In this document: positions 9,242 through 16,920 of the stretch, in pieces
How the letters are laid out: each line of letters begins with the position of its first letter
Position numbering within the stretch: the stretch's first letter is position 1
NCBI GenBank assembly: GCA_964523575.1
Contig: CAZGAV010000006.1
Location: forward strand, 6,222 to 70,221
DNA: 64,000 nucleotides
Source: an uncultured Ignavibacteriales bacterium
GTDB lineage: Bacteria > Zixibacteria > MSB-5A5 > GN15 > JAAZOE01
Direction of reading: 5' to 3'
The notes under the pieces: model-generated
What the model was told of the DNA's origin: nothing
Seen by the model: only the letters and a program-made list of their open reading frames with translations
Database searches by the model: none
Program-made: the position numbers and the translations under genes

Positions 9242-11479
9242 TTAATCGACGCATCCCAATTGCGGGGGCGGACCGGAATTGAAGGTAAAGGCGATCAGGT
9301 AAACGGCGTCGCCGACATTGACAGCGCAATCGGCGTTGGCGTCAGCCCAATTGGCTACGGCCGGAGCGGGACCGCTCTTGAAGACATAATTTATCAGATA
9401 CACCACATCGCCGACATTGACTTCACCGTCAGTATTGACATCGCCGGGCCGCGGCGGCGTCGGATCGAAATAAATCGCATAAGTCATGGTATCGGCATAA
9501 CTGGCCGGATACAGCTCGTCGGTGGCCTCGATCGTAAACGAGACGTCGCCGGTGGCATAGGTGGTTCCGGTAATGACCCCGGTGATCGGGTTGAGGTCGA
9601 GGCCGGCGGGCCAATCCCCGGCTATGACCTTGATATCATGATCGTGCCCCGGGTAGCCGCCTTTGACTATGATCGAATCGTAGTAGGGCTGTCCCTGGAC
9701 GCCATCAACGAGGCTGTCAGTGAGGATGCGAAGGCCATATTGCTCCCAGTTTTTCAGGCACAGCACCCAGTTATCGGGGTCTAGGTCGAGGCCTTTGGGC
9801 TGGTTGTCGGTATGAAAGAAATAATCCTGTTCGCGGGAGTCATTCTGGATAATGACGCCAATGATTTCGCCGGCATAGGTGATGAGGTTCAGGTCAAGAG
9901 GCATGACGAACACCTGCGGTATGCTGGTTTGGATCTGGCGTAGATGGACGTAGATATCCCAGCCACCGGAGGAGTTGGGTTCGGTGTAAAACGAATGCCG
10001 GTAATCCGGCTGGCAATATTGATAAATCCATTGCTGGAAGAAAACGCTCAGGTCCAACCCCGATACAGCCTCGCATACGGCCTGAAATTCCGGAGTCGTG
10101 GCGGTGCTGAATTCATACTCGGCCCGGTACTGGTGCAGGATATCAAAGAAGGTTTCATCACCGACAATATGTCTCAGCATATGCAAGACCCAGGCTCCCT
10201 TGGAATAGACCCTCCAGCTGAAAATCCCCCAGGAATCGGTGGTATCCTCGACATAAATACTGTGGCCGGGTGCGCCCTCCAGATAGGTGGCGCCATCCAT
10301 GTAATCATGATAAAGCGCAGCGCCGCCTACCGATTCATAATACAAACCTTCGCAGTAGGTAGCGAAACCCTCATTGAGCCATATATTGGGCCAGTCGCTG
10401 CAGGTGACCATATCGCCCCACCATTGGTGGGCGGCTTCATGAACGATGGTTTCCTGAGGTGTACCGTCGTTTATGAAGGTATTGGTCTGGTATTCCATGC
10501 CGTAAATGCCGGAATATGTGTGGCCGTATTTTTCGGAAATAAATGGATATTCGCCGAAAAGACCGGCGAACAAGTTCAGGGAGTAAGACGTCACCGATAA
10601 CAAATCATGGGAGGAGGCCAACTGATCGGGGAAGACAAAATTATAAATCGGCATGGAATCGGTCGGCGAGTAATGATAATAGTCATCCCAGCGGATGTAA
10701 TTGCAAATGCCCAGGCAGACCAGATAGGTCGAAATCGGGAAATGGGAGCGCCAGTGAGTGGTGTGGGTGCCGTCGCCGTTATCGGTTTCGGAGGCAATCA
10801 GGCCGTTGCTTGAAACGACCAAACCGTCGGCAACGGTGACTTTTATGTCGATCGAATCGGCTTTGTCTTGCGGAATATCGTTGCAGGGCCACCACAAGCG
10901 GGAGCGGTAGGGTTCGGATTCATTGTAAATCATGGGACTTCCGCTATTGCTGTAAAAGACCAGACCCTCGGTGCCGTCAGGCAATGGCCCCGGTTGTCCG
11001 TGATAGACGACCGTGAAACCGAATTGGTCTGATGGCGTATGGAGGGCCCTAAGTTTGACCGTCACGAAATTACCCGTATGAGCGAAATTCAGGAGACCGT
11101 CGGCGTCATAAACCGAATCCACCGTCAGGGCATGGTCAAGATCGATGACAACGCTGTCCAATTCAGCCACGGTCGGAAAACCGTAAATTCCCACGGATCC
11201 ATATATCACCTCATTGACTTCGTCGATACGCCAGTCGATGTCATAATAGGAAATATCATATTCCGGCCAGTTGGTAGTGGTTTCCGTCTCCAGAAGTTTT
11301 TCATAGGTCCGTTGACGATCCAGTTGCTGGGCTTTGGCATCCGCCAGCTTCTGAAGATGTTCCCGGGGCGAAAAGCTCAGATTGGATGGTTTCATGGGAA
11401 CGGGAATCTCCTGGGCCAACGCCATCCCGGCCATAATCATAAAAACAAAAATAAAACAGAGAAGCATGCGGCTGTTCAT
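9242..11479 (-). CDS. Secreted M1-family metallopeptidase with an Ig-like domain and a C-terminal dockerin-like module
   Basis: Carries HEAAHQWWG-x-WLNEGFATY (HExxH-x18-E). I chose the start at 11479 (MNSRMLLCFIF...) because a GAGGAGG RBS lies 9 nt upstream. The last 66 aa form a paired Ca-binding dockerin-like repeat. Confidence 0.85.
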   Translation of the reverse strand: MNSRMLLCFIFVFMIMAGMALAQEIPVPMKPSNLSFSPREHLQKLADAKAQQLDRQRTYEKLLETETTTNWPEYDISYYDIDWRIDEVNEVIYGSVGIYGFPTVAELDSVVIDLDHALTVDSVYDADGLLNFAHTGNFVTVKLRALHTPSDQFGFTVVYHGQPGPLPDGTEGLVFYSNSGSPMIYNESEPYRSRLWWPCNDIPQDKADSIDIKVTVADGLVVSSNGLIASETDNGDGTHTTHWRSHFPISTYLVCLGICNYIRWDDYYHYSPTDSMPIYNFVFPDQLASSHDLLSVTSYSLNLFAGLFGEYPFISEKYGHTYSGIYGMEYQTNTFINDGTPQETIVHEAAHQWWGDMVTCSDWPNIWLNEGFATYCEGLYYESVGGAALYHDYMDGATYLEGAPGHSIYVEDTTDSWGIFSWRVYSKGAWVLHMLRHIVGDETFFDILHQYRAEYEFSTATTPEFQAVCEAVSGLDLSVFFQQWIYQYCQPDYRHSFYTEPNSSGGWDIYVHLRQIQTSIPQVFVMPLDLNLITYAGEIIGVIIQNDSREQDYFFHTDNQPKGLDLDPDNWVLCLKNWEQYGLRILTDSLVDGVQGQPYYDSIIVKGGYPGHDHDIKVIAGDWPAGLDLNPITGVITGTTYATGDVSFTIEATDELYPASYADTMTYAIYFDPTPPRPGDVNTDGEVNVGDVVYLINYVFKSGPAPAVANWADANADCAVNVGDAVYLIAFTFNSGPPPQLGCVD
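9245..9442 (-). other. Dockerin-like double-repeat module (copy 1 of 3 in the window)
   Basis: The module reads GDVNTDGEVNVGDVVYLINYVFKSGPAP...ADANADCAVNVGDAVYLIAFTFNSGPPP. Confidence 0.75.
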
Positions 11480-11616
11480 AATCGACGACCTCCTCAAAAA
11501 CATCAACGCCAGTTAATACCTGTGAGGCAGGTATGGAGGAAACAGATGTAAAATTAACGTCGGCGGTTACTTTAATATAGGGTAAATAGTCGATTTATAA
11601 AACGATTATTTTATTA

Positions 11617-12177
11617 TCAGACCGGTTTTGACAGTATTACGGCCCGGTCGCGTTTTGAGGATGGATGGCTGAAAACTTCAAAGCCGGCGGCCACGGCGGC
11701 GGTCTCGGTCGCGGCGAAGTTTTCCTCCGAGGCGTGTTCCTTCGGCTCCAGGATATAAAATTTGGCGCCGGGTTTTAGAGCGGCATAAATTTCGGTCACG
11801 ATATGGGCGGCGTCGGGAATCTCATGCACCACATGAAAAGCTGTGGCAAAATCGACGCTGGCCGTCAGGTCATCGATTTTGAGACTGATAGCACTGCAGA
11901 CGCGGGTTTCGATTCGATCCAGGACTTTTGCTCGGCGCGCCCTCCGTTTCAGGCCCTTAATCATGCCCGGCTGAAGGTCAACGGCAATAACCTTGCCTTC
12001 CGGACCGACCAAACGGGCCATCGCCAGACTATAAAAGCCCATAGCGCAACCGGCATCAAGCACCGTCATGCCGGGCTTGACGTAATCACCGAGAATTTTT
12101 TCGGGCTTTTCGGATAGACGCCTGAAAAAGGGCATCTCGAGGTAAGCCATCCATACCGGATAAACTCTTTCGGGCAT
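11617..12177 (-). CDS. Class I SAM-dependent methyltransferase
   Basis: Has SAM-binding motif I, VLDAGCAMGFYS, followed by the acidic loop VIAVDLQ. Confidence 0.75.
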   Translation of the reverse strand: MPERVYPVWMAYLEMPFFRRLSEKPEKILGDYVKPGMTVLDAGCAMGFYSLAMARLVGPEGKVIAVDLQPGMIKGLKRRARRAKVLDRIETRVCSAISLKIDDLTASVDFATAFHVVHEIPDAAHIVTEIYAALKPGAKFYILEPKEHASEENFAATETAAVAAGFEVFSHPSSKRDRAVILSKPV

Positions 12178-12254
12178 ATTGACCCTTTCTCATATTGATC
12201 GAAGCATGCACGGTTTTGCTTGTCTTATGATAATACGCCGGAAACAATTTAACG

Positions 12255-12281
12255 AAGGCAAAAGACGTCGTCTTTTGCCTT
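12255..12281 (-). terminator. Perfect 12-bp palindromic hairpin downstream of the DUF1761 gene (possible terminator)
   Basis: The sequence is AAGGCAAAAGAC-GTC-GTCTTTTGCCTT. There is no clean U-tract beyond the stem, so the function is uncertain. Confidence 0.35.
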
Positions 12282-12326
12282 ATCGATCAGGAGTAAATGT
12301 CGAGCATGCTTCCGGTAACGACTCGA

Positions 12327-12734
12327 TCACCAGGCCCCAACGATGATACCGATGACGATGAATCCCACGATGTGATAGAGAATATTGACAAATGTCAGGC
12401 TTCTCGGGCGATGCTCGAACAGGTCGTTGACGCCCATGGTGCTAAGTACGAAACATATCCCGGCCAGCAGGCCGATAACGATTCCGTCGGAGATCGAACT
12501 GCGACCGGTCCAGACCATGAGGCGGGCGATACCATAGGCGGCGATGAAGGAATAGATCAGGGCCAGCACATAATTGATGGGTGAGGCGCCGGCGGCAACC
12601 TGTTCCTTGGTTTTGCCGATACCCTTCAGCCAAGCATCGCCAAACAATACCGGCGAATACCACAGAGCGCCGAGCACCATGTAGGCCACGGCGGCCACGA
12701 TTACGCTAAGAAAATTGACACTGCCCATTTCCAT
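12327..12734 (-). CDS. DUF1761-like small membrane protein
   Basis: The start at 12734 (MEMGSVNFLSVIVAAVAYMVLGALWYSPVLFG...) has a GGAGG RBS 8 nt upstream. The N-terminal pattern resembles DUF1761. Confidence 0.6.
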   Translation of the reverse strand: MEMGSVNFLSVIVAAVAYMVLGALWYSPVLFGDAWLKGIGKTKEQVAAGASPINYVLALIYSFIAAYGIARLMVWTGRSSISDGIVIGLLAGICFVLSTMGVNDLFEHRPRSLTFVNILYHIVGFIVIGIIVGAW

Positions 12735-12889
12735 GATTATAACCTCCACGCTTGTTTGTGGAATGATATACGATATTACACAAGCCGACATTGGCCATGC
12801 AACAAAAATATTAACGTAGATAATCTTAGGCCGCTATCGCCGGTCTAATGATCAGTCAAGGCTGGCGCCGATGATAGTACATCAGATTT

Positions 12890-13756
12890 TCACTCGAAAA
12901 CCCACCGATCCAATTGTTGGACGGGGACAATTATCTCCCGGGCAAGGGGTATTTGTTCCGGAGGCTGGTCGGGTATGATTCGTCCCGGCCGGAGATGCAT
13001 GAAAATGATCCACTCCGGTTTAAGGGTTTCACGGGCCATTTTCTGGCGGCGGGACAATTCATTCCATTTGCCCCACCATTGGAGAAAGGCAATATCGATC
13101 GCCTGTCGGTCGAGGCCGAAACGGTGGGCGGCGGCGGTATCATATTGCGGAGAATCGCCGCTGTGATAGAGATTCCATCCGCCGATATTTATCAAATATT
13201 CAAGATGCTGGACATCGGCAAAACGGTCGTACGTCTGATCAGTCAGAGTATCGGTTCTCATCGAAACATTGTGATGGGTAGGCAGGACTATTATATCAAT
13301 GCCAGAAATATCAAGATTGACCGCCGTATCTCCCGGGGCCGGGACAATCCGGAGGCGAGCCTTGATTTCGGAATAACCCTCAATCGTATCCATTTGGGCC
13401 GCCGCCTGCGGCGTGCAAATCATTACGCCATTCCGGTTATGCCGCAGATGCGCGACGGCGATCTCGGGGCTGAAATGGTCAACATGAGCATGGGTGAGCG
13501 CGATTATGTCTATTTTATCGAACGGCGGTTGGGCGGCCGACATCAGTTCAACGAAACTGTCAGAGGGGACCTGACACCAGTCAGCATCAAAACCCCCGAA
13601 GAGGGCATCAATCAAGATCTTCTTCCCGCCGCTTTCAATCAAAAAGCCCTCATTGCCCACATAGGTAACGGTCAAAGGCGGCCGCTGTGGTTGCTCGGCT
13701 CCGATAGACAAGGCTAGAACCAACACAAAGATTGCGGTGCGCGTCATAATTTTCAT
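12890..13756 (-). CDS. Secreted MBL-fold metallo-hydrolase
   Basis: Has the HxHxDH motif THAHVDHF and an N-terminal signal peptide MKIMTRTAIFVLVLALSIGA. Confidence 0.75.
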   Translation of the reverse strand: MKIMTRTAIFVLVLALSIGAEQPQRPPLTVTYVGNEGFLIESGGKKILIDALFGGFDADWCQVPSDSFVELMSAAQPPFDKIDIIALTHAHVDHFSPEIAVAHLRHNRNGVMICTPQAAAQMDTIEGYSEIKARLRIVPAPGDTAVNLDISGIDIIVLPTHHNVSMRTDTLTDQTYDRFADVQHLEYLINIGGWNLYHSGDSPQYDTAAAHRFGLDRQAIDIAFLQWWGKWNELSRRQKMARETLKPEWIIFMHLRPGRIIPDQPPEQIPLAREIIVPVQQLDRWVFE

Positions 13757-13823
13757 CCATGCCTCCCTTGATGCGGATAATACATAGACGATGAATGAGG
13801 AGTCAATGATTATTGACGCGGAC

Positions 13824-13860
13824 TAAAATAATAAAGGCCGGGTATACACAACCCGGCCTT
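13824..13860 (-). terminator. Intrinsic terminator closing the sigma54-driven two-gene unit
   Basis: A 10-bp stem AAGGCCGGGT (13834-13843) / ACCCGGCCTT (13851-13860) is followed by UAUUAUUUU on the minus strand. Confidence 0.65.
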
Positions 13861-13929
13861 CTATCGCACAGGGGGGCTAGGAGGGGTTTTGCAATATTCT
13901 CGTGCGGTCTCTCCCCATCCCTCCCGCGG

Positions 13930-14268
13930 CTACCCCTTTGAAAAAGCCACGCTTCGAAGCACCAGTCCCAGCGTAAAGAGCGATACCGTCGCCGGAAGCA
14001 TATAGACAAAACTGTAGGGCAGGAAGAAGGTCGCAATAAAGGCTGAGAGCAATGATGGCAGGGCTACGAAGAAAATTAATTGAAACGAAAATTTGACCAG
14101 CTTGTAGGCCAGGAGTAGGACGATGGCGGCCGCCAGCAAATAGGCCGCATAGAGCCCGGTCTGTCCGAAATGGTCGAGGATAAACTGCCGGATCGGGTCC
14201 AGCGTATGCTGTTGAGCGATAACCGTACGGGCGATCTCCCCGGTTTGGATTTCGGCCAGAAGACTCAT
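13930..14268 (-). CDS. Hypothetical small membrane protein (about 3 TM)
   Basis: 112 aa, with a polar N-terminal section of about 35 aa followed by three hydrophobic segments. It sits between a sigma54 promoter and a terminator. I recognised no family. Confidence 0.5.
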   Translation of the reverse strand: MSLLAEIQTGEIARTVIAQQHTLDPIRQFILDHFGQTGLYAAYLLAAAIVLLLAYKLVKFSFQLIFFVALPSLLSAFIATFFLPYSFVYMLPATVSLFTLGLVLRSVAFSKG

Positions 14269-14314
14269 CGAATTGCCCGTTCCGTTTTGATCTTATAGTT
14301 TTTTGCAGTCATCG

Positions 14315-14527
14315 TCAATCCACCGGCTCAATAGTCAAGCTTGATTCACCCACATGAGTCAGACCGATCATTCTCGTCGTCAGAAAATTCTTGGAGGTAA
14401 TCCATTTTTGGGAAAGCTCCATGACCTGCTCCTGATTGACCTCTTCTTCCCAGTCAAGAATGATATTGTCAAGACGCTGGTTGTTGATTACAACATCGTC
14501 CATAGTGAGAGTAAACTTGACTTTCAT
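14315..14527 (-). CDS. Hypothetical 70-aa acidic soluble protein
   Basis: It is the first ORF downstream of the sigma54 promoter, with a leader of about 42 nt. The RBS is weak (AGGCGGA) and no family was recognised. Confidence 0.4.
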   Translation of the reverse strand: MKVKFTLTMDDVVINNQRLDNIILDWEEEVNQEQVMELSQKWITSKNFLTTRMIGLTHVGESSLTIEPVD

Positions 14528-14579
14528 ACTTTATATCCGCCTGTCGTTTCAAAGTTTCACATTTCCTGTCGGGGTATTT

Positions 14580-14596
14580 TGCAAGGCGGATGCCAA
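14580..14596 (-). promoter_or_regulatory. Sigma54 (RpoN) -24/-12 promoter
   Basis: The minus strand reads CTTGGCATccgccTTGCAaaa. This is TGGCAT-N5-TTGCA with exact consensus GG/GC spacing, 53 nt upstream of the ATG at 14527. Confidence 0.6.
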
Positions 14597-14649
14597 GGCC
14601 GGACATAAATTAAAAAATCTGTAATACCTTGATTATCAATAACATAGAT

Positions 14650-15445
14650 ATGGGGCAACGCCCATACCGGGCATAAATTGCAATCTTTTAGGATTTGGCC
14701 GGAGACAAATTATAGGACGTCGCCCATTGTCTGTTGGTCGCCAGCGAGGCTTGTCATTTTGAACAGCCCTCCCCCGAATATTCGGGGAAGGGCTGTTATG
14801 CAGGCCCTCAATGGTGCGACCCGATCCCTTGCCGTTATAGAAAAGAGACTATCGATGCCGGCACCGGGGTCGGCCTTCAAGTATCATGGCCGCCGCCTTT
14901 CATCGGACTTCCCCCCTCAAAGCGGCCTGAATCCTGCGAATGTCGACTCCCTTCGATTGAGGGCCTTATGACCCCCGTAATAAACCAGCCCCCTGGTCCC
15001 TCCCGCCCATACGGGCCGTGACGGCGCACCGATGCCCTCCCCGGATACGGATATCTTCCATTTATCCGATATCCGCCGGTCTCGGTGCGCCGGCCCGTAA
15101 GAGAATATAAGCGGCCCGGTCGGGCCGCCCTCCGATACCCTTGCTGAGGTTTCGGCCGCCGTTAATCTGCGGCCATAAAAGAAGGCTCCCGGGCAGAATT
15201 CTGCGACCGCTCGATCGCGGTTCCATCCGCGCCGGAGCCGGAATGGGGCGCCGGAATTCTCTCGTTCCGAAGTGGATCCTCTCCCTGAGTTTTGCCAAAA
15301 CCATATCCTTGCCGCCGTTTTTGACCGGATGGCTGAAGGAACCATATACAAGCCGTGCCCACGTTGCATATGGTGGGGGATCTTCTGATTGATAACCGCC
15401 GGTGGGGGAAGAAAACCCTGTGAGGCCGGTTTCCTTAAGCGATTC
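14650..15445 (-). ncRNA. Candidate large (about 0.8 kb) structured non-coding RNA of unassigned family
   Basis: No credible ORF is present and the region is GC-rich relative to its AT-rich flanks. It contains many perfect local and long-range helices (listed in the findings). A TTGACA-N17-TAGCTT promoter points into it on the minus strand. One G-U wobble in the 15-bp hairpin at 14762-14797 exists only in the minus-strand transcript. The boundaries are approximate. Confidence 0.4.
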
Positions 15446-15451
15446 AATATT

Positions 15452-15480
15452 AAGCTAATAATTTCTACATCATTTGTCAA
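15452..15480 (-). promoter_or_regulatory. Sigma70-like promoter facing the ORF-free region
   Basis: On the minus strand, TTGACA (15480-15475) is followed by a 17-nt spacer and TAGCTT (15457-15452). Confidence 0.4.
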
Positions 15481-15645
15481 CTGAATTATTGAAGACTCGG
15501 CGTCTTGCTTGAAATTGGGTCGATACCGAAAATAAAGGCGTAAACCCTTGGGCCTTGATTTTCATCTTATCTTTGGAACCGGGGTTTGCCCCGCAAGGTA
15601 CAAACCATCGGAAAAATTGAAAAACTTTGCCGCCGGAGGAAAATT

Positions 15646-16614
15646 ATGATGCACCATAACAAGATATACACTCTGGCAGGGGTGGCCGTCGTTCTGGCCC
15701 TGCTAATTTTAGGGCCGGCTGCAGCCAAAAAATATGATACGGGGCGGGCCTGGATCGGAGTTTATACTCAGTCTATCGACAAGGATTTGCAGGAGGCCTT
15801 CGATCTTGACACCGGTCAGGGACTGGTCATCGTCGATGTCGCCGATAATTCCCCGGCTGAGGATGCCGGATTGAAACGAAAGGATATTATTGTTGAGTTG
15901 AACGGCCAGAAGGTAGAGGATGCCGACGACCTTCTGGATATGGTCGAAGATCTCGATGTGGGCGATAAGGCCGAGATGAAAATCCTCAGGAAAGGAAAAG
16001 AACAGACTGTTGACCTGACTATCGGACAAAAGCCCAAATTCGAGTGGTTCGGATCGCGCTCCGGGTCCCATACCCCCCGGGTGATTACCCGCGATTACCA
16101 TTTGTATTCGGATTCGGAAGGGTATATCGGAGTCGGCATTCAAAACCTGACCGAACAACTGGGCGACTATTTCGGAGTCAAGGACGGCGCCGGCGTTTTG
16201 ATAACCGAAGTTTTCGAAGATTCGCCGGCGGCCAAAGCCGGTCTTAAGGCGGGCGACTTGGTCGTGGCCGTGGACGGCGAGGATATCGCTCAAGCCGATG
16301 AACTGCAGGAGATTATCGCCGATAAAAAGGAAGGCGACCAAGTTTCCGTGGAATATCTGCGCCACGGAAACAGGGAAAAAGTAACCGTCGAGGTGGCCGA
16401 GAACTCAGCCGGGATAAATCGGTATTCGATCCCCGATATTAACATTCAAATTCCCAATCTGTCGCTTATGAAAAACCTGGATCATTTCTACTTCAGCGAT
16501 GACGATAACGGATATTTCAACGCCGAGGAGTATAAGCAGCAAATGAAGGAGCTCAAGAAGGAGCTTCAGGAGATGAGCAAAGAATTGAAGGAGATTCAGA
16601 AGAAGCTTGAATAA
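15646..16614 (+). CDS. Membrane-anchored protein with two PDZ domains and a C-terminal coiled coil
   Basis: The start at 15646 follows a GGAGGA RBS. There is a signal anchor YTLAGVAVVLALLILGPAAA and two PDZ-like units (GLVIVDVADNSPAEDAGLKRKDIIVELNG and GVLITEVFEDSPAAKAGLKAGDLVVAVDG). The tail is K/E-rich (KELKKELQEMSKELKEIQKKLE). Confidence 0.8.
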   Translation: MMHHNKIYTLAGVAVVLALLILGPAAAKKYDTGRAWIGVYTQSIDKDLQEAFDLDTGQGLVIVDVADNSPAEDAGLKRKDIIVELNGQKVEDADDLLDMVEDLDVGDKAEMKILRKGKEQTVDLTIGQKPKFEWFGSRSGSHTPRVITRDYHLYSDSEGYIGVGIQNLTEQLGDYFGVKDGAGVLITEVFEDSPAAKAGLKAGDLVVAVDGEDIAQADELQEIIADKKEGDQVSVEYLRHGNREKVTVEVAENSAGINRYSIPDINIQIPNLSLMKNLDHFYFSDDDNGYFNAEEYKQQMKELKKELQEMSKELKEIQKKLE

Positions 16615-16711
16615 GTTGAGAGTCGACGGCCGCAAGAAGATTCGGTTCAAGAAAGATGGCTATCAACAGGCCGGTTATTGCAATCTCCTGTATATCGTAC
16701 CGTAACTCAAT

Positions 16712-16741
16712 CCCCGGGAACCCTCTTCCGGGGGTTTCTTT
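16712..16741 (+). terminator. Intrinsic terminator of the PDZ gene
   Basis: The stem CCCCGG (16712-16717) / CCGGGG (16728-16733) is followed by GUUUCUUU. Confidence 0.7.
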
Positions 16742-16877
16742 ATGAATAACGGGTATACAATTTAGTATAATACGATCAATTTTTAGCAGATAAATATTTC
16801 AATCCGGGGGCGGTCGTTTTATAGCTTTAACTTCTTGCCTTATATAAGATAAAATGTATCCAAAAGACCTTTTTGGC

Positions 16878-16920
16878 TTGACAGAATGCAAAAATATGGA
16901 TACCATAATAGTGGTATAAT
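16878..16920 (+). promoter_or_regulatory. Tandem sigma70-type promoters
   Basis: The first is TTGACA (16878-16883)-N17-TACCAT (16901-16906). The second is an extended -10, TGGTATAAT (16912-16920). Confidence 0.45.

Noticed and set aside
14650-15445. Identification of the structured region as RNase P RNA, tmRNA, SRP RNA or an ORF-less group II intron.
   Set aside because: GAGGGGGGAAGUCCGAUG (minus strand, near 14925-14908) superficially resembles the RNase P CR-I motif GAGGAAAGUCC. No complementary P4 3' strand (CGGACUU) or ACAGAA..CGGCUUA element follows it. I saw no tmRNA 3' T-arm/CCA context or tag ORF, no SRP GGAAGCAGCC motif, and no domain-V-like AGC...GNRA hairpin.
14917-15480. A 187-aa minus-strand ORF, plus 80-97-aa ORFs on both strands across 14678-15392.
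   Set aside because: They are R/G/P-rich low-complexity translations with no RBS. They start inside a promoter and mutually overlap in several frames. This is typical of GC-rich non-coding sequence.
16874-16890. TGGCTT-gacag-aaTGCA as a sigma54 promoter upstream of the small-peptide/bEBP genes.
   Set aside because: The GG-to-GC spacing is one nt too long, and the sequence is better explained as the TTGACA -35 box of a sigma70 promoter.
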